Assembly (NCBI GenBank): GCA_023129075.1
Contig: JAGMCT010000013.1
Span: 42,538-106,537, forward strand
Origin: Candidatus Micrarchaeota archaeon
GTDB taxonomy: Archaea > Micrarchaeota > Micrarchaeia > Anstonellales > Bilamarchaeaceae
Length of the DNA stretch: 64,000 nt
Direction of reading: 5' to 3'
The notes under the pieces are model-generated. The model saw only the letters and a list, made by a program, of their open reading frames with translations, did no database searches and was not told the DNA's origin. The position numbers and the translations under genes were made by a program. This document shows positions 42,131-51,529 of the stretch, in pieces (within the stretch, counting starts at the first letter, position 1; each line of letters opens with the position of its first letter).

Positions 42131-42528
42131 TTGTTTTTGTTTACTTTTTTTCCAAGTGTTTTAGCTTTTTCAAATTGTTTCGGCTTGTGCAGCTGCTTTT
42201 TATCAATTGGTTCCTGGCGTGAAAGAAAAGAATCTGTTTCTCTTTTAATTAGCTCTGCTATCTCTTTATGGCCTTCCCTATTGGCAAGCTGAAGTGCTGT
42301 AAGTCCATTTTCATCTTTTACAAAGGGGTTTACGCCCTGCTCAAATGCTTTTTGAACATCCTTGTAAATGCCGATATATGCACCATTCAAAAGAAGCAGT
42401 TCCCACCTTCCTATGTGAGCTTTATGCCAAAGGGTATTCTTTCTATTAAATTTTTCTGTATTGTTGACCACAATAACACCAGTCCAAATGATGTTCAGAA
42501 ATGTTTTTAAATGGGTGTCATGAACCAC
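42127..42528 (-). CDS. Small single-ankyrin protein or remnant
   Basis: GVNPFVKDENGLTALQLANREGHKEIAELI; start uncertain. Confidence 0.65.
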   Translation of the reverse strand: MVHDTHLKTFLNIIWTGVIVVNNTEKFNRKNTLWHKAHIGRWELLLLNGAYIGIYKDVQKAFEQGVNPFVKDENGLTALQLANREGHKEIAELIKRETDSFLSRQEPIDKKQLHKPKQFEKAKTLGKKVNKNN

Positions 42529-42587
42529 AATAAATTACTATGAATAAAAGACAATAATTTAAATAGTATTCTTAAAAAAGAAAAAGA

Positions 42588-44072
42588 GTGGTGAAAACAA
42601 TGAAACTCCATGAAAGGATATTTGAACTCGCACTCTCACGGTCTTTCTTCTTTCCAAGCAATGAAATCTATAAGGCAAATGCAGGATTCTATGATTTCGG
42701 CCCTACAGGCCTGCTCATGAAAAAAAGGATGGAAAACCTATGGAGAAGAATGTTTATACAGGAAGAGGGTTTCCATGAGATTGAAAGCACTACAGTAACT
42801 CCTGAAATAGTCCTGCAGGCATCAGGGCATGTAGATGAATTTACCGACCCTGTAGTGGAATGCAAAAAATGCAGCACCAAATTCCGTGCCGACCACATAA
42901 TAGAAAACAAAGGAGTGAAATGGGACGGAAAACTTGAAACCCTAAATAAAGTAATAAAAGAAAAAGATATTCACTGTTCATCCTGCGGAGGAGAATTCAG
43001 TGATGCAGTCTTTTCAAACCTTATGTTTGCAACCGGAATAGGGGTGGAAGCATCAAAAGCATATCTAAGGCCTGAGACCGCCCAGGGAATATTCACCTCC
43101 TTCCACAGAATTTTCAGAAACCACGGAATGAAACTTCCCATAGCAGTCGGCCAGATTGGAAGGAGTTTCAGAAATGAAATTTCTCCAAGAAAAGCGCTTG
43201 TCCGCTTAAGAGAATTCACACAGATGGAGCTTGAATATTTCTTTAATCCTGCATTCCAGAATATTGAAAATTTTGAACAAATAAAGGAGAAAAAAATAAT
43301 ACTGCTTACAAGAGAAGCACAGGAAAAAAAGGAAAAGCCTGTTGAAATAAGCGCCGGGGAAATGGTTGAGAAAGGAATCTGCAACGAAATAATGGCCCAC
43401 TTCTTAGTCAAGGAATGGGAATATTACAAAAAGGTGGGCTTGGATGAAAAAAGGATGTGGTTCCGCCATCTTTTGGACAATGAAACACCGCACTATTCAA
43501 AAGGAAATATGGATTTGGAGGTTGAAACCTCCTATGGAATAATAGAGATTGCAGGAAACGCTTACAGAACAGATTATGACCTTAGACAGCATCAGAAATT
43601 CAGCAGGCAGAATCTTGAGGTTTTTGACCCTAAAGAAAACAAAAAAGTCCTTCCTCATGTAGTTGAAGTTTCTATGGGAGTTGACCGCATGTTTTTCTGT
43701 GTTCTTGAACATTCATTCAGAGAAAAAAGCAAGGAAAAAGAATGGGAGTGGTTTGAATTCAGTCCATTAATTTGTCCTTATGAAGTAGCTGTGTTTCCTT
43801 TGGTAAAAAAAGACGGTCTGCTTGAAAAAGCAGAAGAACTCGCAAAGCAACTAAGAGAGGATTTCCAGGTATTCTTTCATCCAAGCGGAAGCATAGGAAG
43901 AAGATATGCAAGGGCTGATGAGATTGGGATTTCATATTCCCTAACCATAGATTATGACACAATGGATGACAATACAGTAACAATAAGGGAAAGAAATACA
44001 GGAAAACAAGAAAGAGTAAAAATAGAAAATCTAAAAGAAGAAATAAAAAAGAAAATTAGTGCTTTTTTATAA
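42588..44072 (+). CDS. glyS: Glycine--tRNA ligase (homodimeric type)
   Basis: YLRPETAQG, SFRNEISPR, REFTQME and GSIGRRYARADEIG. Confidence 0.97.
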   Translation: MVKTMKLHERIFELALSRSFFFPSNEIYKANAGFYDFGPTGLLMKKRMENLWRRMFIQEEGFHEIESTTVTPEIVLQASGHVDEFTDPVVECKKCSTKFRADHIIENKGVKWDGKLETLNKVIKEKDIHCSSCGGEFSDAVFSNLMFATGIGVEASKAYLRPETAQGIFTSFHRIFRNHGMKLPIAVGQIGRSFRNEISPRKALVRLREFTQMELEYFFNPAFQNIENFEQIKEKKIILLTREAQEKKEKPVEISAGEMVEKGICNEIMAHFLVKEWEYYKKVGLDEKRMWFRHLLDNETPHYSKGNMDLEVETSYGIIEIAGNAYRTDYDLRQHQKFSRQNLEVFDPKENKKVLPHVVEVSMGVDRMFFCVLEHSFREKSKEKEWEWFEFSPLICPYEVAVFPLVKKDGLLEKAEELAKQLREDFQVFFHPSGSIGRRYARADEIGISYSLTIDYDTMDDNTVTIRERNTGKQERVKIENLKEEIKKKISAFL

Positions 44073-44451
44073 TCTCAAGCGCCTTTGAATATTGCTCGTC
44101 TCTTGGTTTTAATGCAACATCTGTTGTTTCTGACCTTTTGTTTATAATGTACACACTTTCAAGGTCTATTCCCTTATTTGCAAACTTTCGTGTTATCTTT
44201 CCTAATTCTCCGGGCCTATTTGTCATCTCAACAACAATAATATCGGATACAATAATATTCTTTATTCCTTTAATTTTCTCAAGGGTTTTCCTTGCGCTTG
44301 TAACATCTTTTGTGACAACCCTGAAAACAGCATTCTTATCGCTTTCATAAGCTGAGATTGCCTCTATGTTTATTCCTACTCCCCCCAGTGCTTCTGCAAT
44401 GGTAGCAAGTGTTCCTACACTATTCTCTGCTATTATTGTTACTTCATTCAT
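44056..44451 (-). CDS. Tandem ACT-domain protein
   Basis: NSVGTLA...GINIEAI and NRPGELG...GIDLESVY. Confidence 0.88.
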   Translation of the reverse strand: MNEVTIIAENSVGTLATIAEALGGVGINIEAISAYESDKNAVFRVVTKDVTSARKTLEKIKGIKNIIVSDIIVVEMTNRPGELGKITRKFANKGIDLESVYIINKRSETTDVALKPRDEQYSKALEIIKKH

Positions 44452-44518
44452 TTACTCACCTAAATGAGTAATTACAGAAAGTGCTTAAAAACCTACCGTT
44501 TCACTAATAATAATTGAA

Positions 44519-45814
44519 ATGGTCCATAAAATACAACAAAAAAATCTGGCTGAAAAGCGAACCAAATTAGTTTCAAGAATGCTTGGAAAAGGATACAGCG
44601 GAAAGAAATTCGCAAAACTTTCCAGAGAGAAAAAAGAAACAGCTTCTGAACTGGTAATAAAAAGGTATAATCTTCTTTTTAAAATGATAAAAAAAGAGAT
44701 AACTTCCGAAGAACTCGTTGAACTTGACAACTGCAACAAAGAACTGGAAAAGAAATACGGGATGAAACTGTATTCTGCAAAGAAAATGTATGGGATAATC
44801 AAAAGATATTCAGATATAAAAAGAGAAAGCACCATAAAAAAATATGTTAGAAGAATGGAAACAAATCCAGAGGTATTTGTCATTTCAGAATTAAAAAATG
44901 TGATTCCAAAAAAAATGAAAGAAACGGAATTCAATCCAAATCCAGCAGTATTTAGATCTATTCTTGAATTCAGAAACAGACCAAGAGGGAAAATAAGCAG
45001 ATGGAGAAGAGATATTTGCAATACTGCATTTGTTCAAATTGCAAACAAAGCAGATAGATATGAAGGAAAGAAAAGAAGAATGAGCATGAGAGAACTAAAA
45101 AAACAGATTCAGCAAAGGCTTGAATATATGAAAACCAATTTCATGAAAACAAAGGAATTCAGAAGAAATAAAAGATACTGGAATTCTGTATTCAAAACAA
45201 TGAATCCGGAGATTTTTATAAGTGTCGGAGTAAAAAACCTTGCAGGAGAGATTAAAGGTTCCAAGAAAAAAATAGATTTGGTAAAAAAAGAAATGGATAA
45301 ATACGGCCCTCTTTACTTAAGCTTAAAACCTTCAAACAGGAATTTTTACTCTTTCGGTCTTTTTGAAGCAAACCGAAAAAAGGTTATGACATCCTACAGA
45401 ATCGGAAGGGATATGAAAGTCAGGCATCCTTCCAGACTAAGCAGATATACAAAACTCCAGGACCACATAGATGGAGAGATTCTTTACATGTTAAACAGAT
45501 TTTATTTGGTCGGGAAAGCTTTAAAGAAATCAGGAAATTTCGAAAACTTTGTTTCTTCTTTAGAAGGGGAATCATTTTCAAAAAAACGGGCTTTCCTAAG
45601 CTGCATTTATTATTTATCCAGAGATATGGAAAAAAATGAAACGCCTATAAGACTTCTTGTAGGAAATATGGTTTATAAAAGGTTAACACAAGGGGATGAA
45701 ATACGAACACTCAAAGATATTTACTCAATTTTAAGAAATTCAAAAAAACTAGAGGATGTTGCGACTCTTTATACAATGCTTGAAATGGAAGGAGTAAAGA
45801 TAGCAAAAAGGTAA
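44519..45814 (+). CDS. Hypothetical highly basic protein
   Basis: 431-aa ORF, Lys/Arg-rich, with host-like codon usage and no recognised motif. Confidence 0.7.
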   Translation: MVHKIQQKNLAEKRTKLVSRMLGKGYSGKKFAKLSREKKETASELVIKRYNLLFKMIKKEITSEELVELDNCNKELEKKYGMKLYSAKKMYGIIKRYSDIKRESTIKKYVRRMETNPEVFVISELKNVIPKKMKETEFNPNPAVFRSILEFRNRPRGKISRWRRDICNTAFVQIANKADRYEGKKRRMSMRELKKQIQQRLEYMKTNFMKTKEFRRNKRYWNSVFKTMNPEIFISVGVKNLAGEIKGSKKKIDLVKKEMDKYGPLYLSLKPSNRNFYSFGLFEANRKKVMTSYRIGRDMKVRHPSRLSRYTKLQDHIDGEILYMLNRFYLVGKALKKSGNFENFVSSLEGESFSKKRAFLSCIYYLSRDMEKNETPIRLLVGNMVYKRLTQGDEIRTLKDIYSILRNSKKLEDVATLYTMLEMEGVKIAKR

Positions 45815-45887
45815 AATGGAAAAACTTTTCCTTTGGCAAATTCAAGGTGGTTTGTCGCGATATTACTTTTACAGAACAATGGATGAT

Positions 45888-46868
45888 TCAGCCAAGTTGC
45901 CCTAATGCAGCTTTGATATCCCTGGCACTACCTCTCCCTTCATTTAAGCACTTCAAAAGTTCTTCTTTGAAATTCTCTTTTTCCAATTCCTCAACATTAT
46001 TACAGAATACTAGTCCACATAGCACCCTTGCATAATTAACATCCGATTCTGGCAGTCTATTCTTTAGGTCGCAGAACAGTTGCACTGCCTCCTGGTTTTT
46101 TCCCAACTCTTTCAGGCAATAAGCGCGTATGCATTCAGCCAGATTTCCTATTTCATAAGGTTTCGGGACTTTAAGGAAATCATCAATTTTTGAAATCACT
46201 AAATCATATTTCTTTTGTTTTCTCAATGCTTCACAGGAATTCAAAAACATGTTATTGTTCTTCTGGATATGGGGTGGGGCTTTCTCTATTAGAGAAATGA
46301 TTTCCCCAAACATATCACGCCGGTAGTATGCGTCAATCATGGAATTGCAGGTAACAACATTTGCTATGTTCTTTTGTACTACTTCATCAAAAATTTCCTT
46401 TGCATTTGTTACATCTCCTGCTTTTCCGTATGCATCAATCATAGAATTATATGTATATTCATCTGCTATTCTTCTGCTTACTGCTTTGTCAAAGATTTCC
46501 TTTGCATTTGTTACGTCTCCTGCTTTTCCGTATGCATCAATCATAGAATTATATGTATATTTATCTGTTATTCTCCTGCTTATTGCTTTGTCAAAGATTT
46601 CCCTTGCCTCTAACAATTTCCCTCTTATGCCCAATACTTTAATCAAAATATTCATAAAAAATACATCTGAAGGGTGGTCCAGTAAGGTCTCTTTCAAAAG
46701 TTTTTCTGCCTCCTGATATTTGTGTTTTATAATCAAAATCTTAGCTCTTGCAGATATCTGTCTGGACTGCTCTGAAGTTTTTGGTCCTTTTCGGCTGAAG
46801 GCTTTGTTTTTTGGACTTCCATTGCTTCTATTAGCTAATTTGTTTGGTTTATAAGGATATTTGTCCAT
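45888..46868 (-). CDS. Pentatricopeptide-repeat-like (PPR) protein with flanking TPR-like helices
   Basis: YTYNSMIDAYGKAGDVTNAKEIFD twice, plus VTCNSMIDAY and FFMNILIKVLG, matching the PPR consensus. The likely start is MDKY at 46868. Confidence 0.85.
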   Translation of the reverse strand: MDKYPYKPNKLANRSNGSPKNKAFSRKGPKTSEQSRQISARAKILIIKHKYQEAEKLLKETLLDHPSDVFFMNILIKVLGIRGKLLEAREIFDKAISRRITDKYTYNSMIDAYGKAGDVTNAKEIFDKAVSRRIADEYTYNSMIDAYGKAGDVTNAKEIFDEVVQKNIANVVTCNSMIDAYYRRDMFGEIISLIEKAPPHIQKNNNMFLNSCEALRKQKKYDLVISKIDDFLKVPKPYEIGNLAECIRAYCLKELGKNQEAVQLFCDLKNRLPESDVNYARVLCGLVFCNNVEELEKENFKEELLKCLNEGRGSARDIKAALGQLG

Positions 46869-46940
46869 TCTAATATTGTGGTAAATAAGTATTAAAAATG
46901 TTCCTATGGGATTCATTTACCAAAAGGGCTTCTTCGTAGA

Positions 46941-47246
46941 TTATCCAAAGGATAAACCGACCGAGTGAGCAGTAAGAATACGCTGAGGGAGGGAACTTGG
47001 AAATCCGCAGGATTTCTGAGTGTTTTATCCGTAGGATAAACCGACCGAGTAAGCAATAAGAATACGCTGAGGGAGGGACCTTGGAAATCCAATAGATTTC
47101 TGAGTGTTTTATCCATAGGATAAACCGACCGGGTGAACAGTAAGAATACGCTGAGGGAGGGAACTTGGAAATCCGCAGGATTTCTGAGTGTTTTATCCGT
47201 AGGATAAACCGACCGAGTAAGCAATAAGAATACGCTGAGGGAGGGA
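46941..47246 (-). repeat. 84-bp tandem repeats containing the tRNA-Ser 3' end
   Basis: CGCTGAGGGAGGGA at 46981, 47065, 47149 and 47233; each unit carries two hairpins. Confidence 0.95.
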
Positions 47247-47316
47247 TTTGAACCCTCAAGTCCCGAAAGACACTGGATTAGCAGTCCAGCGCACTACCAG
47301 ATTATGCGACCTCAGC
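47233..47316 (-). tRNA. tRNA-Ser(GCT)
   Basis: GCTGAGG...CCTCAGC-G acceptor stem, CTGGA-CTGCTAA-TCCAG anticodon arm, long variable arm and GAGGG-TTCAAAT-CCCTC T arm. Confidence 0.95.
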
Positions 47317-47482
47317 ATGAGGAGCTCTTATGCGACGAATGCTGTGGGTATTTGCCAAAAGCAAATCTGACCTCAGCATGAGGAGCTCTTATGCAACGAA
47401 TGCTGTGGGTTATCTCCAAAGGAGATTCCGACCTCAGCATTTATGTTGAGGGTATTTGCCAAAGGCAAATCTGACCTCAGCA
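47308..47482 (-). repeat. 61/61/43-bp tandem repeats containing the tRNA-Ser 5' end
   Basis: GACCTCAGCA at 47308, 47369, 47430 and 47473; each unit has a CC-AAA-GG-type hairpin. Confidence 0.92.
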
Positions 47483-47507
47483 CAATATACATCTTTTCCA
47501 AAGGAAA

Positions 47508-47518
47508 GATATAAAAAA
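47508..47518 (-). promoter_or_regulatory. Putative TATA box for the tRNA-Ser/repeat transcript
   Basis: TTTTTTATAT ends about 28 nt upstream of the most distal GCTGAGG copy (47481). Confidence 0.5.
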
Positions 47519-47521
47519 CAA

Positions 47522-48013
47522 TTATAAAGAAGAAACAAATTTCATCATAACTACTCTGAGCCTTCCATCTATCTCTTCTGCTTCCATAATCTTATTTTCA
47601 AACAACTCCTTGACTGTCCGCTTGTCATCTTCAACAGCACGCTTAAACCACTCTACTTCATGCGGAATATCCCCCTTAACATAATATGCAATTGCAAGAG
47701 TTAAATCATAAATTGCAAGCTCCTTTTTCTCTTTTATTCCCTCTCGTTTCTTCTTGAGATAGGAAATAGCGGAATCAGGTTTTCCAGAACCAATTAAAGA
47801 AAGGGCATAGAATAATCTCTCCCTTTGAAAAATTCTTGCTTTGGAGAAAAACTCTACTGCTTTTCCATAATCTTTTTTGAAAAAATAAAGAATTGCCTTG
47901 TAAGCTGTCATTCTTTTTGGGTCAACATTTCCTGTTGCAAGAGAAATTGCATTCTCCAGCTTCTCAGCAGAACCCTGCTTCACTGCATTATCACATTCCT
48001 GCTCAAAACCCAT
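47522..48013 (-). CDS. TPR-like protein
   Basis: KAILYFFKKDYGKAVEFFSKA and LAIAYYVKGD...WFKRAVE helical pairs. Confidence 0.7.
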   Translation of the reverse strand: MGFEQECDNAVKQGSAEKLENAISLATGNVDPKRMTAYKAILYFFKKDYGKAVEFFSKARIFQRERLFYALSLIGSGKPDSAISYLKKKREGIKEKKELAIYDLTLAIAYYVKGDIPHEVEWFKRAVEDDKRTVKELFENKIMEAEEIDGRLRVVMMKFVSSL

Positions 48014-48033
48014 CCAATCCCTCTTAAAAAAGA

Positions 48034-48819
48034 TTATTTAGCAACAGGAGCATTAACAGATTTTGGGGGTTTTGAAAGTTCCGAATCAATCTTAAAAAGC
48101 ATGGGAAATTTATGAGCTTCCTCCGGTTTAATAAACTTGAGATATGGTTTAAACGAAGACATATCTACTCCTGCTCTATGTATTGAACGTGCTAAGATAC
48201 CCATTTGTAGAGTATCATCAATGTTTCCTTTTGCTGCATTGCCAATCATCCAGGCAAAAACAATATCCCTAATCTCTTCTTTTTTCACATAAAGTTCCTT
48301 GATTATAACAAGAGTACCCGTAGCTAAATCAATTGCATTAAATTTACTATTACCAAGACCTTCTTTCAACCCTTTGTCGCTCAAAAGAGAGGAAGCGATA
48401 GAAAAGGTCTCTTCAGGATGTTCAAGAAGAATGGGCCTGAGCAAGAGAAATTCCACCCTTGCTTTGGAAGGGTCTATTTTTGAATTCCTGTTCTCAGGAA
48501 AGAACTCAATATTGAAAAAATCCTTCATCTCATTTATCTTCTCTATTATCTTCATGGTTTCTCCTTTTTTCTTATGCTCTCTTAATTCATCTCTGATACT
48601 GTTTGTTGCGCTCTTTTTATCCTTCAAAGAAGCATTGAAATTGTGAAGAACATTCAATCTCCCATCCTTATACTTTTTGGATTCCTTTAGTTTTTGCTTT
48701 ACCACCATAATTTCACCGTCCTTTTTATACTTATCAAAGTTTGCATCCCCCCTGCTGTTGCAGTTGGAAAGGGCCACAACACAAGGAAACAAAGCAATTG
48801 CAACTGCTTTACGTTTCAT
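48034..48819 (-). CDS. Putative lipoprotein
   Basis: MKRK plus hydrophobic stretch plus LSNC; the start overlaps the stop of the upstream gene. Confidence 0.65.
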   Translation of the reverse strand: MKRKAVAIALFPCVVALSNCNSRGDANFDKYKKDGEIMVVKQKLKESKKYKDGRLNVLHNFNASLKDKKSATNSIRDELREHKKKGETMKIIEKINEMKDFFNIEFFPENRNSKIDPSKARVEFLLLRPILLEHPEETFSIASSLLSDKGLKEGLGNSKFNAIDLATGTLVIIKELYVKKEEIRDIVFAWMIGNAAKGNIDDTLQMGILARSIHRAGVDMSSFKPYLKFIKPEEAHKFPMLFKIDSELSKPPKSVNAPVAK

Positions 48820-50006
48820 CCTGAACCTCCTGTTCCCTCTCTCAAAGAAATAAGATTTTCTGGACTGATATTATCATAACTACTAGAATTCACTATAGAT
48901 TCATCTATTGTCTTACATGATGTATATAGCTGGTTCATTTTCTCAACACCAATCTTTGCAACTTTTGCACCTTTTCCTCCTTCTTTTGCAGCTACCCTTG
49001 CAGCTTTGGTGACTACCCTTACAACTTTTACATTCCCTGAACCTGAAACAGGGAATTTTTTAATAAACTTTGGAAGTTTTTCCTGTATCTCCTCTATCCT
49101 TTTCAGGGTTGGCGCCATCTTCTTAAATAAGGTAAATTGTTTGGTAACTATTTCTATCTCTTGGTTTGAAAACTTAACTAAACTCTTTCCTGCTTTCTTT
49201 CCTGCTTTTATTGCTTTAATTAGTTCAGATGCCTTATAAAGTTTCAAAACTTTGCCAAAAGCTCCCATTGTTCCTCCTATAGCAACTGCAAGAAAAAGGT
49301 CCTTTTTAGTAAGCTTAAGCTCCCCATCGATAACAGCATTGGCCGTTCCTGCAACTACAAGGTCAACCCCAGCACCCATAAGAGCACCCCCTACAACAGA
49401 GGAAGCCACTTTGGAAGCAAGCAATGGAAACAGAACAGCTGCAAATGTGGTGACTGCGGTACCCCCAACAACCTTAGTCATCTCTTGGGTATATTCAGCA
49501 TTGCCAACGAGCTTTGCATTATCCTCGTGGCACTCCCTGATTTTCTGGTCAGCCATGGGCATGGCTCTTTCCATGTATTCCTGCAATTGTTTTGGATTAT
49601 TCATTCTTTTTTTCAATCCTTTCTTTACTGCCTTTATGAATGTAACCGTCCGATTTATATTATTCTGAATCTGCGGAAGTTCCTCTCTTGCATGGGTATA
49701 ATATTTGCTCATAATTTCCTGTGGCTGGTCAGAAAGCTGGTCTTGTATATTAGAAAGAGAAGCACTAAGATGAGCTGCACTTTCATTAAGATAATCTCTC
49801 ACTGCATTCTTTCCTTTGGGAGTCTCCACAAAACTGTTGAATGCTGCAGTAAGAACCGCAAGCCTTAAATCCATATTTTCCTGTGAAAGATTTGACCTGG
49901 AAATCTCTTCTGATTTTTGCTGCATGGCCAAAAAAGGGCTTGGGGCCTGCTCAAGCATCTGAACATCCTTTTTGAACTCCTTCTTAATTTTCAGTGCTCC
50001 TCCCAT
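48816..50006 (-). CDS. Coiled-coil protein with glycine-zipper hydrophobic hairpin
   Basis: Helical N-half, then VVGGTAV...VVGGALMGAGVDLVVAG...AIGGTMGAFG. Confidence 0.7.
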   Translation of the reverse strand: MGGALKIKKEFKKDVQMLEQAPSPFLAMQQKSEEISRSNLSQENMDLRLAVLTAAFNSFVETPKGKNAVRDYLNESAAHLSASLSNIQDQLSDQPQEIMSKYYTHAREELPQIQNNINRTVTFIKAVKKGLKKRMNNPKQLQEYMERAMPMADQKIRECHEDNAKLVGNAEYTQEMTKVVGGTAVTTFAAVLFPLLASKVASSVVGGALMGAGVDLVVAGTANAVIDGELKLTKKDLFLAVAIGGTMGAFGKVLKLYKASELIKAIKAGKKAGKSLVKFSNQEIEIVTKQFTLFKKMAPTLKRIEEIQEKLPKFIKKFPVSGSGNVKVVRVVTKAARVAAKEGGKGAKVAKIGVEKMNQLYTSCKTIDESIVNSSSYDNISPENLISLREGTGGSG

Positions 50007-50010
50007 ATTA

Positions 50011-50466
50011 CTATTTCTTAGGAAATGAATTTAAATCTTCTTTTAATTGTTTGAATCTTTGTCTTATCCTTTTCCAGTGCGAACCTTCCCAGTATTCCTT
50101 TCCGCATCTTTTGCATACCCATCCTTTTTCATTCTTCTTTAAGGGTCCATTGCAGTCAGTACATAAAGTTCCTGTTGGTTCTTCTGGAATCTCCAGTCCT
50201 GTTTCCTTTGCAATATGCAGAAGCATAGAATCCAGCTCAGCAAACGGGCAAAGCACGCATTTTATTCCTTTTTTCAGTGCTCTTTCACATAATTCCCTAT
50301 CCCTTGTAAGAATTATTCTTTTTTCTTTCTCTGCAAGCGCAATAATCTTTTCATCTTCAAAAGTAACATAAAGCGTATCAAAACCCATCATCCTCAACCA
50401 GCGTGCAACGTCTCCGAGCATAGCATCTGCAATAAATTCTTTTTTCATAAAATCACTAAACATCAA
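50011..50466 (-). CDS. Mut7-C RNase-domain (PIN plus zinc ribbon) protein
   Basis: FIADAMLGDVARWLRMMGFDT, LTRD, CTDCNG and CKRCGKEYWEGSH. Confidence 0.9.
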   Translation of the reverse strand: MMFSDFMKKEFIADAMLGDVARWLRMMGFDTLYVTFEDEKIIALAEKEKRIILTRDRELCERALKKGIKCVLCPFAELDSMLLHIAKETGLEIPEEPTGTLCTDCNGPLKKNEKGWVCKRCGKEYWEGSHWKRIRQRFKQLKEDLNSFPKK

Positions 50467-51529
50467 GAAAAGAATCGTAAATTTTTAAGAGCATCAACTT
50501 ATTGCATACTGCAGGAACACCGCACACTGAAGAAAAACTCGGGGTTGTTCTTCCTTCATCTCCATGTATTAATTCCTTTATATAAGTGCCCTGCTCTGCC
50601 TCAATCTCAATCTCAAACTCCTTTCCAGAACCTGAAACAGAAAGAACATTTGCCCTTCTTTTTCTTATTTTGTCTGCTCTTCTGTGCAAAACCCTTATAG
50701 GAGTTTTCTGATTAAGAACCTCATCAAAAACCCTTAATCTTTCAATGCATTCATCAGAAATAATATTCTCAAAAGAGATATTTGCTTTGTAAACCTTTCT
50801 GAAATGCGAATCAGAAACAAGCTTAACCCAGGTTCTATTTACAAATCTCAAATCATGCAGTTCTATTCTTTTATCCAGTTTCAGGTTTTCAAGAGAAGGT
50901 ATTTTTTTCCAGTTTTTTATCTCAAAAACAAAAGGCCTCCCTGCAAGATTAACAACATCAACATCCTCCCTTCCTGAAGCATGCAAAATTCCTTTTCCTT
51001 TGCTTTCTCCAAATGATTCATCTATAATTTCCTCAATTGATTCATACATCCTTCCTGTTCCACCGCATTTTTCGCATCCTCTTCCCATACAGACCTTGCA
51101 ATGCCATCTGCTCTGGCAAAGCCCTGGTGCAAGTTTGCTATACCTTCCAAAAATAAAAAGAGGTTCCTGCTCAAGCTTCACTTCATTTTTCACGAAATCA
51201 AAAACAACAGAATAAAGAAAATTAACAGAATCAAAAACCCCATCAAGTTCTTTCATAAAAAAGGTGTTAAGGCCTTTTTTTATGCTCATTCCAAATCCAA
51301 AATCCCAGAGGTCCTCTTCCTTTGCAAGCATCTTCTTTGAGATATGTGTTGCTATCCTGAATTTTGGTTTTCCTTTTTCCTCAAGCAGTTTCTCTGCCTC
51401 TTTAACAAACTCTTTTCTCTTTTCCATCAATCCATTGCAGATGTGGCACTCTCCTTCCTTGAACCTGTTTCCATTCAAGGAGTTGCAAAAAGAGCAGAGC
51501 TCAATGGAGCTTCCTGAACTTAAATCCAT
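50456..51529 (-). CDS. pus10: tRNA pseudouridine(54/55) synthase Pus10
   Basis: GRYSKL, HASGREDVDV, GRPFVFE, QKTPIRVLHRRAD and GTYIKELIHGDEGRT. Confidence 0.93.
   Translation of the reverse strand: MDLSSGSSIELCSFCNSLNGNRFKEGECHICNGLMEKRKEFVKEAEKLLEEKGKPKFRIATHISKKMLAKEEDLWDFGFGMSIKKGLNTFFMKELDGVFDSVNFLYSVVFDFVKNEVKLEQEPLFIFGRYSKLAPGLCQSRWHCKVCMGRGCEKCGGTGRMYESIEEIIDESFGESKGKGILHASGREDVDVVNLAGRPFVFEIKNWKKIPSLENLKLDKRIELHDLRFVNRTWVKLVSDSHFRKVYKANISFENIISDECIERLRVFDEVLNQKTPIRVLHRRADKIRKRRANVLSVSGSGKEFEIEIEAEQGTYIKELIHGDEGRTTPSFSSVCGVPAVCNKLMLLKIYDSFLDV

Noticed and set aside
46870-47259. ORFs 46870-47259 and 46913-47224
   Set aside because: They are translations of the 84-bp non-coding repeat and are open only because the period is a multiple of three.
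46941-47482. CRISPR array interpretation of the tRNA-Ser and tRNA-Arg repeats
   Set aside because: The intervening sequences are homologous or identical rather than unique spacers, the constant part is a tRNA terminus, and there are no cas genes in the window.
44519-50006. Integrated provirus or island at tRNA-Ser
   Set aside because: No integrase or viral genes and no distant att copy; the tRNA-end copies are only 84 bp apart.
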